Position numbers and translations under genes: made by a program
The notes under the pieces: model-generated
Seen by the model: only the letters and a program-made list of their open reading frames with translations
Told to the model about the DNA's origin: nothing
Database searches by the model: none
Shown here: in pieces, positions 9,417-21,075 of the stretch
How the letters are laid out: each line of letters opens with the position of its first letter
How positions within the stretch are numbered: position 1 is the first letter of the stretch
Source: Anolis carolinensis
Taxonomy: Eukaryota
Reading direction: 5' to 3'
Length of the DNA stretch: 64,000 nt
NCBI RefSeq assembly: GCF_035594765.1
Contig: NC_085843.1
Coordinates: forward strand, 224,727,971-224,791,970

Positions 9417-11656
9417 AGCTAAAGGGACAAAAGTGGGCAGCAGCTTTTACATATAAGCCACTACTGGTAAACATATTAGTGCTGGAGGAAATTCTTGATC
9501 TAGTCTAATAAATGGATGTGGGTATGGGATCAATAAAATGCTGAAATACAGCAAGTGTGAGAATTCAGTTCAGTAGCTGGTGTTTAATACAGTATATTAT
9601 ATGTAGCATGCCAGGAAACCATTGATTCTGTTCAAACTACTGCCAGTAGATTGAAGTTTGCATACATAGCCTAAATGAGCTGTTTCTCCTTTCTATTCTT
9701 TTATTTCATTAGACACAAGAACTGACAAAAATTCCTAGAACAATTACTGTATATTTGGAATGTCTATTTTGTTATATTGGTATTTATAGACATTTAAAAG
9801 TTTTGGATGATATCACAATGAAATATAATCTTTTCATTCATCACATACTATTTCCGTTATTTGTTAAAGATATTTTTCACCCATTGTGACTCTGTTTAAT
9901 ATGATATTGTTAAATACCATCAAAGCTATTAATAATGTATTTATAGCCCAGAACTACTGGGTAGATGGAAAACTCTGTCTGAGACTGCCACTCAGATTGG
10001 ATGCCCCTGCCTCTCCAAACCAAAGGAATTTTGCCTTACTTTTCAAAACACAAGAGACTCACTCACAAAGCCTATATTTGGCCACATGTGAAACAGCGAA
10101 GAATTAATGCTTGCTAGCTCACACCAGAGACACAGTTTATCAAAGTTAGTCAAGTTCCTTTTGAAAGCAGCATGCCCATTGCCCACCATAGTGTTCGCAA
10201 AACAATTGTTGGCATCACTTGTTACATTGTTTTAAAAGCACTCCTTGTGTTATTTGTTGTGTGGCTTGATGCTTGTTCTTTATGTTTCATTGCTTATTTT
10301 GATGGGGAAACTTGAAACGTTCTTGACAAAACACCATTAAAATGTTTCCAAGAAGCTTTTTTACTTTTGTTAGGTAACTTATCTGCTGAAATTGTAACCT
10401 TTTAATCGCAATGCCTTGCTACTGAGCTGTAGCTTATCCAATAGGATTTCCAAAGCCTCAGTGCAACAAGTGTAGTTTCTACAGAACCTGATCTGAAGTT
10501 TTATTGGTGACAGCTTAGTTGAATGTACCTAAAATCTGGATCCAATACATAGTGTAGTTTGAAAACAGATAGTGACAACTGGTACCTTCTATGCCATTGG
10601 GATAGTGAATCCACTCTGCTTTTTAGTTTGGAGCTATTCAAAAGGATATATCTATTTCTCAAAATATATCCAGCACCATAGATATCTCCTTTAAAAACCA
10701 ACCCATTCACATGGAAGTCACCTCTGTCAACATCCGAGCCACACTATAGATTGGCTATAAATATTTTTCTTAAATAACCAGACTTATATCCAACTGGACG
10801 TGTTGTAAGGTAGCTATCTGTTATTTGAGCAATAAAGAAGAAATCATAGCCAGCTTTGAAGATCTAAACACTTCCACACAAGTAATATTCATGTCACAAG
10901 TTTAACGGGAACTCACAGTTATTGCTGGAATAAACTGGGAGATCATGCATCCCTTGTGAACAAGGGACACACATGACAAACTGTACTTCCTGACCACTGG
11001 GAGGATTGGAGCACTATCCTTCTTGAAGGATCATTTTTATGATCCATAGTCCATGTGCCTCGTAATCTGAAAGGTGTAGAATGAGATTCATTAGTGAAGA
11101 TTTAAGATGCTAAGCTCTATTATTTGTACCTAATGTTCTCAAGCAAACAGAGCAGAGCGGGAAGAACACGTCTAAAGCTAAGAAATCAGCCCTCCATGGG
11201 TACTTTCCTGTAACATGAACATCTTCATTGCTGTAATCTATAGCAGCTCACAACTGTGATAAACCTAAGATTTTATAGATTCCTTTGTTAGAACACCTTT
11301 TAAAAGAAACAAGTCATAGAGGCTGTGTGTCATCCAAAAATATATATAAGGCACTTGGCCCTGCTTAAATTATTCATAGGGAAAAGAAAAAAGCCAATTT
11401 CCATATATGACGTCAACAGAATACCTAGGGGAAGTTGTAAAATATGAATAGAATACTGATCTAAATGTCAGAAATGTATCCATAATTTAAGGCTGCGCCC
11501 ATCTCTCATAGACTTCAATCATATGTCTTACCAGGGAAAGGTTTGCCACAATTCAAAGAATTGCCTCCAAACTAAAGTTCCGTCATTATTCAGAGATGTG
11601 CTGACTGTAGGGCCTTAGAAATAGACCAAAATTTATTGTGCCAGAAAAATTGGTCT

Positions 11657-11855
11657 TGGAAAAGATCATGATGCTGGGGGAAATGGAAGGAAAAAGGAAG
11701 AGAGGCCGACCAAGGGCAAGATGGATGGACGGTATCCTTGAAGTGACTGGCTTGACCTTGAAGGAACTGGGGATGGCGACGGCCGACAGGGAGCTCTGAT
11801 ATGGGCTGGTCCATGAGGTCACAAAGAGTCGGAAACGACTGTGTGAATGAAGAAG
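11657..11855 (+). mobile_element. RTE-clade (BovB-like) LINE 3' end
   Basis: EKIMMLGEMEGKRKRGRPRARWMDGILEVTGLTLKELG...GLVHEVTKSRKRL*, (GAA)n tail. Confidence 0.85.
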
Positions 11856-11990
11856 CTGGCTAACCTGCCCAGCAAAAACTTCCTGTTGGCTGATGCTACT
11901 GATCAACCAGCAAAAGCATCTGCCTGAATAATAGATCTGCTATCTGATTGCAGTTAGCAAAAAAAACCAGGAAAGGGCAAAGGAACCAAA

Positions 11991-12173
11991 NNNNNNNNNN
12001 NNNNNNNNNNNNNNNNNNNNNNNNNNNNNNNNNNNNNNNNNNNNNNNNNNNNNNNNNNNNNNNNNNNNNNNNNNNNNNNNNNNNNNNNNNNNNNNNNNNN
12101 NNNNNNNNNNNNNNNNNNNNNNNNNNNNNNNNNNNNNNNNNNNNNNNNNNNNNNNNNNNNNNNNNNNNNNNNN
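11991..12173. other. assembly gap (183 N)
   Basis: Run of N. Confidence 1.
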
Positions 12174-13162
12174 AAAGTTGTATAAGGCAATCTATACATT
12201 TTCACAGTTAGTTGGTCACATCTTCAGTGTTTCCGAAGAGAACTCAGCAACTTGATAATATAGTCATACAGACTGATAATTGGGTTCATACTTTATTTTG
12301 CATAGTTCAATAATTACAAGGCACACATCATGTTCTACATCTTCCCACTCATATAAAGTTTACACAATCTTTTTTCAAAGCCAACTCCAAAAAGCCATAG
12401 GAAATTTTGTTTTCCCTGTGGATGCATTCTGATTGAATGTCTTCATTAACTCCTTGATAGCTACGTTAGGTTTACAGTGCTCCTACTGTTCTAGAAATCC
12501 TGCCTTATCAAACAGAGATGAGAGTTGGATGGGATGGTTGGTTAACTATCACCATGAGGTAAGTGTGCCATCTTCACTATATTGTCACAGCTTCCCAACA
12601 GATTTATATCATACCAACCTCACTGAACTCCTATGAGGTGAAAAAAAATGTACATCTGTGCAATAAGCTTTTACCCGCCCAGTTTTAATTATACAAGTGA
12701 AGATGACGGCGTAGGCTCCCAGATATGTGACTTGCTGGGCTTAAACTTAGTTGTGTGCTCTGGGAAGATTCCCCCTTCCATAATGCAAAGAGTCAAACAC
12801 ACAAAACATAATATGGAACAAAAAGGCTACAGCTTTATTGTTTAATAGTTGTGAAGGGGTTTGGCCCAATAACATGGATCCCAGATCCAAACACTGGCCA
12901 ACCCTTGAGATAACAGGAAAAGAAGCACATGGGTCTGTTTCCCAATGATAATTTCTCTGCCACCAGGTGGTACTATAAAAACACCTGAAGCTGAATTGGG
13001 GACAGATCTACCTCCACCCCACACATAAGGAGACCCCTTTACTATTACCAATGTCCATGGGGTATGTTAATCCATATTTCAGATCAGGACCCATGCCAAC
13101 CATCTTTCCCCCCAAAAAGGTTGTGACAATACTGGAAGCAGATATATTACATATGAATAGAA

Positions 13163-13815
13163 TGCTGTAACAAACCATTATAGAGAGTGTTGTGGATTGC
13201 TCTTCTGATTCTGAGGGAGAAGGAGGACAGGTGGTTGAAGAGGCAGCACTTGGGGATTTGGGGTTAAGTGGTGAGGAAGAAGAGGAAGGAGGAGAGGTGA
13301 CAGATATGGCAGAGATCCCTACTTTTCTGGAGTGACGAAGGGAGAAAGAAGTCAGAAGGAGATCAGCTAGGCTAGCAGAGAAAATGCTGAACAATCAGAC
13401 CTCGTCCTAGGGTCAGCTGTGCTGGGAAGCTCAGGGCTATAAATCAGCATCAAGGTTAGGGGCCAGTGCTGGCAGCAACTGACTTACTTTTGAGGGAGTG
13501 TCTGTTACCAGCACCATGCCTAGCGTGGAATCTCTAGAGCCTCCTGTTGTTTGCAACTTGTAAGCCTGTATATCAAAGATTTTATTTGCTATCTACTGTG
13601 AAGACTTCTGTTTTCCGTTTGCTTAAAATCTCTGTGTTATCATCAAAAACTTTATTTACTGTCTGCTATGAAGACTTCTGTTTTACGTTTGCCCTGAAGA
13701 CCATGCAATATCATCAAAATTATACTTTCTGTTTTTTTATTTGCATTATCTTTATTTCAGTTAAAGTAAAGCCTTTTTTATTTGCTTTCACTTGTGTCTA
13801 AGGCTGTTTCTGACA
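13163..13815 (+). mobile_element. solo LTR (653 bp, probably gypsy-type)
   Basis: TG...CA ends. 5-bp TSD TAGAA (13158-13162, 13816-13820). TATAAAT at 13438-13444, AGTAAA poly(A)-like signal near 13765, T-rich R/U5. Confidence 0.85.
13180..13410 (+). pseudogene. decayed U3-encoded acidic microprotein with RRRSARLA motif
   Basis: IESVVDCSSDSEGEGGQVVEEAALGDLGLSGEEEEEGGEVTDMAEIPTFLE*RREKEVRRRSARLAEKMLNNQTSS*. One internal TGA (13333-13335) fits CGA>TGA decay; the first codon ATA may be a decayed ATG. Confidence 0.5.
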
Positions 13816-14818
13816 TAGAATTGAACAGGGAGAGGGTGGGTGAGACGGTGCTCAGCAAGCAACTGCTGAGAGCTCTCCCGGGCAGTTGCGTAAATGGTAC
13901 AGCACCCAACCAGTGTGAAGCACTTTGATCAGGCCCCCCTAGCCAATGAGATTGAATCATGTGCTATATCTTTGGCTACCAGTGCCCACACACTCCATCC
14001 CCAGCTTAGCAAAGCACTTGAAACTTAGAGAGAGACGCATGCCACCAGAAAGAGGAAATGTTGATCAGAATGCTCCAGACAGCTTCGCCCCATAGCCTCT
14101 CCGGTTTGTGGTTTGTAAACTGAAAAAATCATTTATAATCAGCAATTGTGTTTACGTGTGTGGTTTTACCATTTAACTAAAATATTAAAGCAGATACCAT
14201 GGAAAATCTGTATGCTATGACTGCTCAGTGGGAGTAAGTATCAACTCAGTGGTACTGATCTCCATGACATTTCTTTTTCGTATCAATCTCAACAATACTT
14301 GACTGCAGAGGTTACAGTCTTCTATCAAGCTCTGGGAATAGGCTGTATTGAATTCAATATGTCTTACTTTTAAGTTGATATGTATAAGATTGCATTGTAA
14401 ATCTTGGCCACTTCATCCAAGCTGAAACCGAATGTTATATAGGAGATAGGAACCTAAACTCAGAACAAAACAATGTTTTAAGGCCCCATCCCACAATACA
14501 ATAAGGTCTCATCTGTGTTATTAGTCCACGTAGTCTCCAATCATGTGCTTGCAAAGGTTTACGAACATCTTCAGTGAAAAAATGAAATACTATACTCAAG
14601 TATTTTTACAATAAGGAACATTGTACACACACTAATCAAATTCTTTGCTACTAATATCATCAAAATCCTAAGTGATCTACTGCTGCCTTTAAAATTGATA
14701 ACAGCTTTATGAAATGTTATAGAAATAAGAATTCAGTCTTTTTAGACTCACTGCAGCCCTCTTTACACAGGTCAGATTTGCCACTCTTTAGATTTTCATA
14801 AGCAACTTAATCTATGAC

Positions 14819-15883
14819 TGGGTTGTTGTGCATTTTCCAGGCTGTATGGCCATGTTCCAGAAGCATTCTCTCCTGAAGTTTCACCCAAATCTATGGCAGG
14901 CATTCTCAGAGGTTGTGAGGTATATTGGAAAACTAAGCAAAGAAGGTTTATGTATCTGTGGAGGGTTCGGGGGGGGGGGGGAAGGAACTCTTGTCTGTTG
15001 GGAGGCAGTGGGAATGTTGTAATTAATCACCTTGATTAGCATTAATGGCCTTGCCAGCTTCAAGGTCTGGCTTCTTCCTGACAGGAGGAGTCCTTTGTCG
15101 GGTAGTGTAAGCTGCCCCTGATTAATTCATGTCTGGAATTCCTCTGTTTTCAGAGTGTTGTTCTTTATTTACTGTTCTGATTTTAGAGGGGTTTTTTAAT
15201 ACTGGTAGCCAGATTTTGTTCATTTTCATGGTTTCCTCCTTTCTGTTGAAATTGTCCCCATGCTTGTGGATTTCAATGGCTTCTCTGTGTAGTCTAACAT
15301 GATGGTTGTTAGAGTGGTCCAGCATTTCTGTGTTCTCAAATAATATACTGTGTCCAGGTTGGTTCATCAAGTGCTCTTCTATGGCTGACTTCTCTGGTTG
15401 AGTTAGTCTGCAATGCCTTTCATGTTCCTTGATTCGTGTTTGGGCAATGATGCGTTTGGTGATCCCTATGACTTGTCCACAGCTGCATGGTATACGGTAG
15501 ACTCCTGCAGAGGTCAGAGGATCCCTCTTGTCCTTCTCTGAATTCCAGACATGAATCAATCAGGGGCAGCTAACACCTCCGAACAATGGTTTCCCCCAGA
15601 CAGGAAGAAGCCAGGCCATGAAGCTGGAAAGGCCATTAATGCTAATTAAGGTGATTAATTACAACATTCCCACTGCCTCTCAACAAACAAGAGTTCTTTC
15701 TCCCCCCTGGACCTTCCATAGATACATAAACCTTCTTTGCTTAGTTTTCCAATATACCTCACAACCTCTGAGAATGCCTGCCATAGATTTGGGTGAAACA
15801 TCAGGAGAGAATGCTTCTGGAACATGGCCATACAGCCCAGAAAGTGAACAACAACCCAATGATTCTGGCCATTAAACCCTTTG
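14819..15883 (-). mobile_element. Penelope-like element (Poseidon type): 3' pLTR + GIY-YIG endonuclease + inverted pLTR copy
   Basis: ORF 15122-15559 contains SAGVYRIPCSCGQV-IGITKR...RIKEH...SAIEEH...REAIEIHK...NFNR. Arms 14819-15141 and 15540-15860 are inverted copies. Confidence 0.93.
15122..15540 (-). pseudogene. GIY-YIG endonuclease domain of Penelope ORF (5'-truncated)
   Basis: GVY motif present, the Y of YIG is deleted, conserved R and E/N residues of the GIY-YIG fold present. Confidence 0.88.
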
Positions 15884-15894
15884 AGGGTAATGTG

Positions 15895-16241
15895 AGCGCT
15901 TTCCCCCACCGCTTCTCCTTCTCTTCCTTGGCAGCGAGGGCTCCCTCTTGCTCCTCTGCCCAGGAAGGGAAGGACAAGGAGAGAAGGCGAGCGCTTTTCC
16001 CTCCTTCTCCTTTCCTTCCTCAGAGGAGGCAGCTCCCTCTTGCTCCTCCGCCCAGGAAGGGAACAACAAGGAGGGAAAGGCCAGCAAGCATCTTTTCCTC
16101 CTTCTCCTTCACACAGCACTCTCCTTCCTTGGCAGAGGAGGAGGGAGCAAAATAAGTCATCCCCTGAAAATAAGACCTAGGGTGTCTTTGTGGGGAAAAA
16201 ATAATATAAGACACTGTCTTATTTTCAGAGAAAATATGGTA
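15895..16241. mobile_element. truncated Tc1/mariner-superfamily MITE with GC-rich internal repeats
   Basis: Right end AAAATAAGACCTAG...ATAAGACACTGTCTTATTTTC...GGTA matches the right TIR region of 52173-52580. Repeated GCTCCCTCTTGCTCCTC(T/C)GCCCAGGAAGGGAA units. Confidence 0.7.
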
Positions 16242-16329
16242 TAACTTCTCATTCTATCCAAGTCCTATATTATGCATTCACTCACTGGAATCTAGATCTG
16301 TTTTATAAGTATGTAAGTAATCCTTGAAA

Positions 16330-17170
16330 ATAGTGACCTATGGGACTTCCATGGAGTTGCTATGGACTCACAAGATTGGTTCCCTTAAGAGTTGAGGGGA
16401 CCAATGCTTAGAGTTTCTTAAAAACCCCGAAATGAAGAATTGTTGCGTCTAAGGAAGCCCCCCAACGGATAGTTTAAATTAACTTCAGAACTTAAAACTT
16501 ACACAATTAAAAAGTGAGTTGGATCAACTTTTAAAATGAGACCACTCTGAACTAAATATTACTAAAAGCTTTTTATGAGTATAAGAACTAGTGCTGTGGA
16601 ATTGTCTAAGAGACTTTAGGAGACCAATTTAAAGTGTGGAAGATCAGCAGAGAAAGCAGTAGTTTATATTGCTTAAATGATAAAAGGATTGAATTGTTTT
16701 ACTTTGAAGTCAGGGGAAGCCTAGTGGGAAGAAAAAAATATCTGGAACGAGAAACCAAACAAAAATCTCTAATCCATTGTACTATCAAGTGAAAACAGAT
16801 AAATTGACAATCCTGACTAAGGACAACACAACAGAGAAATCTAAGCACAATTGGCAATCGGTTGTTGCATATTTGCGAGATTATTGGAGTAGGCCATCAA
16901 TTATAGCAGTTTAACAATAGCAAAAATTGTTAATTAGAAGTAAGCTTATGTTATCTAGCTTGAAAAGAAATAAGATAAAGTTTATATTGTAGGAAACAGT
17001 TTAAAGGACAAATGTTACTATTATTCAGTGTGTTGGACACCAAGCCCTGTTTTTTCCCTACTATTTTGTTTTAATTCTTTTAGTATTAGTATGTTAAAGT
17101 GGTTTGTAGTTAACTATATTAAAGCTTATGTTGGTTTTATATAGTATAACATGGTTTGTGTGTTTAATAA
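16330..17170 (+). mobile_element. probable old L1-clade 3' fragment
   Basis: A-rich sense strand with broken coding-like stretches, T-rich 3' UTR and AATAAA near 17166. No diagnostic motif is intact. Confidence 0.4.
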
Positions 17171-17174
17171 AATT

Positions 17175-17500
17175 GGAGCCCTTAGTGGTGAAGCAGATTA
17201 AACTGCTGAGCTGCTGAACTTGCTGACCGAAATGCTGGCGGTTCGAATCCGGAAAGCGGGGTGAGCTTCCGCTGTTAGCCCCAGCTTCTGCTAACCTAGC
17301 ACTTTAAAAATATGCAAATGTGAGTAGATCAATAAGTACCACTTCAGTGGGAAGGTAACGGCGCTCCATTCAGTCATGCCATCTACATGACCTTGGAGGC
17401 ATCTACGGACAACGTAGACTTCAGCTTCAAAATGGAGATGAGCACCAACCCCCAGAGTCGGACATCACTAGACTTAATGTCAGAGGGAAACCTTTACTTT
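17175..17500 (+). mobile_element. Sauria SINE (Squam1)
   Basis: GGAGCCC...GCTGAGCTGCTGAACTTGCTGACCGAA...GGTTCGAATCC (B box), CCCAGCTTCTGC..AACCTAGC, tail AGACTTAATGTCAG..GGAAACCTTTAC. Confidence 0.93.
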
Positions 17501-17771
17501 TAAATAAAATACAGGCTGATATTTTCCACTGAAAGCTAGATGCCTTGCCTACATTCCTATTACATTCTCTTCTATGTCTACTTTGTTTGATTTTTAATCA
17601 ACGTAGTTAATTATTTCTCTAAATGAAACACTGTAGATAGCAGCTTTGATAATTTATGTTTAAAAACAGAATTTAGCTTTTTCATTGAACTAATTCAATC
17701 AGCATTACCTAATCATTTGTAATAACTAGATTTGGGGACTTTGGACCAGTTTTGATTGGGTTTTCTACAGT

Positions 17772-17910
17772 CCCTCCCACACAGCTGTATAAAATCCACA
17801 TTGAACTGGATTATATGGCAGTGTGGTCTCAGATAATCCAGTTTAAAGTAGATATTGTGAATTATCTGCCTTGATATTCTGGGTTATATGACTGTGTGGA
17901 AGAGCCCTAA
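17772..17910. mobile_element. Harbinger-type MITE remnant
   Basis: CCCACACAGC...ACTGTGTGGAAGAGCCC followed by TAA. Internal AACTGGATTAT/ATAATCCAGTT inverted repeat. Confidence 0.6.
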
Positions 17911-18149
17911 GATTTGGAAACTCAAACTTTTGGACCCACAGTCTTTAAGGTATAAGCAAACAACTCCTCATTCTTGACCAGACTTTTTCCTAGAGAACAT
18001 GATCCTTTTGGCTTTACTGCTTCACCACATGTATTATCATCTCACTATATCCTCACTGAGAAAGATAAAAAGTGCCCAACCTAATTCATTTAATTTATCA
18101 TTTACTTTAAACCCCATTTTTCTTTAAATACAATATGTGTAAGATAACT

Positions 18150-18597
18150 TGGTGTTGCCTCCAAAAAATCCTGCAAATCTCTTGGGAAGACAGGCAGACA
18201 AATGTCAGCATGCTGGAAGAAGCAAAGACCACCAGCATTGAAGTGATGCTCCTACACCTTCAACTCCACTGGATTTGCCACATTGTCCAATTGCCCTATC
18301 ATTGTCTCCCAAAGCAGTTGCTATACTTCCAACTCAAGAACAGGAAACATAATGTTGGTGGACAAGAAAACAGATTTAAAGATGGGCTTAAGGGAGAAAC
18401 GTGCCAAGAAGAAGGCGTATCAAGCCAACCCTGACCGGGACCACCTTCCACCTGGAAACCAATGTCTTCAGTGCGGAAGAACATGCAAGTCAAAAATATA
18501 TCTCCACAGCCACCTATGCATCTACCACCAAGACACTACACTTGGAGGGCCATCATCCTTGGGCTACGAGGGATCGCCTAAGTAAAGTAAGTAAGAA
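18150..18597 (+). mobile_element. RTE-clade LINE 3' end (second RTE family)
   Basis: CLQKILQISWEDRQTNVSMLEEAKTTSIEVML..QLHW..H...LPKQLLY, C-terminal CxxC...HxH finger, (TAAG)n tail. Confidence 0.85.
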
Positions 18598-20027
18598 AAC
18601 TACGGCAGAGAAACAAACAATACAGCTCTTTTTATGACAGGAACGAAATGGCCATAGCAGTACAGAAATCTAGGCAAGGAACCAAGAGTTGTTGGCAATC
18701 TTCAGATCTGTTGTCCAAAATACAAAACCACTGGACTATCTGCCTCTCTTTGGCTCTTAAGCAATACAAAGTCCTGCTGACACTAGTCTTTATAACTCTA
18801 GAATTTGTGGCCAGATAAGGCCATTTTGAACTTCAACTCTCAGAATCCTCAGCCAGCATGGTTAATGGTCAGGAATTGATGCTTAAACCACCTGAATAAG
18901 AAAAGGTTGAGAACCATTGGACAGGAGTACCCAGGGGTTTGACAGAACATTTAATAATGTTAGCAACAATTCTTAAAGTATGAAGTGTTTCTACTCTGAG
19001 AGATTGTTTATTTTGGACTTTTCTTGCTGGAGGAGCTACCATATATAAATGCCCTAATTCTTGATAGTGATGCGCTGCTTGATTAGAGATCCTATGGAGG
19101 TCATCCATCTATCCCTCACAGGAAATCAGAGTCCTTCAGTGTCTATAACACTCAAGCAGATAGATCATTTTAATCTTCTCTGTGTGTGTTTCTTTAAAAA
19201 ACTGGGGTTGTGTGTTTTGTTTCAGGGTCTGGAGAAATTAAAGCACTGGTATCATTCCAGTCCTCCAAAACACTTCTGCTTCATCCATCCAAAGCTAAAT
19301 TCAAGTTTAAATCCTTTCTTCTCCTATTAACTGTCTTTAGAAAAGTGGCAATAACAAATGGGAGAACATCTCACTCTAGGCTAATGGAAGTCTGGTGCCT
19401 CATTCATATGCTTTCTCAGTAGACACACAGCCAAGGCAAGTTTTTAAAAAAAATACTTTGAGGAGCAGGAACATGTCTGCAGTGGAATGAATGGTAAGAA
19501 GATAATAAATTTCCCTGAACAACTTCCTTCCTTCATTGAAAATCAAGCAAAGCTTTGTTCAATTACTTAGTTTTTGTTGATGTTGTTAAGAAAATTGTCC
19601 ATGGATAATTTGCTCATTCACGGCTCTCTTTTTTTTCCCCTTATATTACTTCTCTGGTCTTTTGTGTCTGTTTTAAAGATGGTGTTGCTGGTCAGAATAA
19701 CTTGTAATAAATTACTTTTGTCCTAAGCATTTCCAGTCTTGCACTGCTAATCATGTATTGACTTGCTCCTCAAGCATTGAGCTGGATAGTGCTTCCATTA
19801 CACTTGGCTCTAGCACACCAAATCTTGAGGTGGCTTTTAGCCAGTTCTCACCTCGTTTTCCTACAATGTCTCTCTCAAGATACAATTACTAAAGTTTCTG
19901 GAAATAATTGGAGAAAAACATAAGAGGGATGAAACTCAAGAAATTATGTGGCAATTCTTTCCCTTTAAGGATGCAATCATCTACACATTTACCTGGAAGT
20001 AAGTGCTGCATATGGAGAGCTTCAATG

Positions 20028-20240
20028 TGTTGTAGTATTTTCATTGTTCAACTATGAAGCTGGAGACCAGGATCTGAATCCCCACTCAACTATGGAAATC
20101 TGTGGGGTAGCATTTGGGAAGTCACACAATCCTAGCCTCAAAGAAAAGCAAAGGCAATCTCTCTCTGAATTTTTTTGCCAAGAAAATTTCTTGATAGGTT
20201 TGCCTTCAGGTCTCCATAAACCAGAAGTGACTTGAAGACT
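20028..20240 (+). mobile_element. older tRNA/CORE-type SINE
   Basis: Same family as 8148-8372. Confidence 0.7.
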
Positions 20241-20269
20241 CATAGCAAAAGGTGCCATCAAGCACAAGC

Positions 20270-21075
20270 ATAGAATCACAGAGTTTGAAGAGACCTCATG
20301 GGCAATCCAGTCCAACCCCCTGTCAAGAAGCAGGAAAATTGCATTCAAAGCACCCCCAACAGATGTCCATCCAGTCTCTGCTTAAAAGCTTCCAAAGAAG
20401 GAGCCTCCATCACACTCCGGGGCAGAGAGTTACAGGGCTGAACAGAACTGAGAAAGTTCTTCTTAATGTTCAGGTGGAATCTCCTTTCCTGTACTTTGAA
20501 GCCTTTGTTCTGCGTCCTAGTCTTCTGGGCAGCAGTAAACAAGCTTGCTCCCTCCTCCCTATGACTTCCCCTCACATATTTATAAATGGCCATCATGTCT
20601 CCTCTCAGCCTTCTCTTTTGCAGGCAGGCCCGTAGCCAGGATTTTGCTTCGGGGGGTGCTGGGATTTTGCTTCGGGGGGGGGGGGGCTGAGTCTGGGTGA
20701 GGAAGGATCTACCCTAGCAAACCTTTTGTATCATTACCCCAATACCCCCATGCATATGGGATATATTGAGCATGGTGATCAAATCATGATATGAATAAAC
20801 ACAACAGTTTAAATAATAAATGTAAGGTCTTCTCGCGGACCACTCTGAGAATTTTGGGGGGGGGGGCTGAAGCCCCTCAAGCCCTCCCCCCCACCGGCTA
20901 CATGCCTGTCTGCAGGCTAAACATGCCCAGCTCTTTCAGCCACTCCTCATAGGGCTTGTTCTCCAGACTCTTAATCATTTTAGTCGCCCTCCTCAGCTTG
21001 TCAATATCTCCCTTCAATTACAGTGCCCAGAATTGGACACAGTATTCCAGATGTGGTCTGACCAAGGCAGAATGA
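20270..21075 (-). mobile_element. CR1 LINE 3' portion, interrupted by a hAT MITE
   Basis: ORF 20345-20596 (MIAIYKY..LFTAA..RTQNKGFKVQERRFHLNIKKNFL..PSLEAFKQRLDGHL-type) and ATTCTAT-type tail. Confidence 0.92.
20625..20908. mobile_element. non-autonomous hAT element
   Basis: TIR CAGGCCCGTAGCC / CAGGCATGTAGCC (11/13). 8-bp TSD TTTGCAGG/TCTGCAGG. Confidence 0.88.

Noticed and set aside
11948-12211. ORFs spanning the N run
   Set aside because: Artefacts of the assembly gap.
13008-13394. 128-aa Ser/Pro-rich minus-strand ORF
   Set aside because: Antisense shadow of the acidic U3 frame; it crosses the LTR boundary into flanking DNA.
15618-16244. Cluster of Arg/Ser/Glu-rich ORFs
   Set aside because: Derived from the Penelope pLTR plus low-complexity MITE internal repeats.
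17175-17260. tRNA genes suggested by A/B boxes (also 24747, 51541, 57154)
   Set aside because: They are tRNA-derived SINE heads followed by SINE bodies and tails; no full cloverleaf.
19620-19710. Possible host exon after a polypyrimidine tract (TTTTAAAG|ATGGTG)
   Set aside because: No recognisable protein, early stops, no convincing partner exon.
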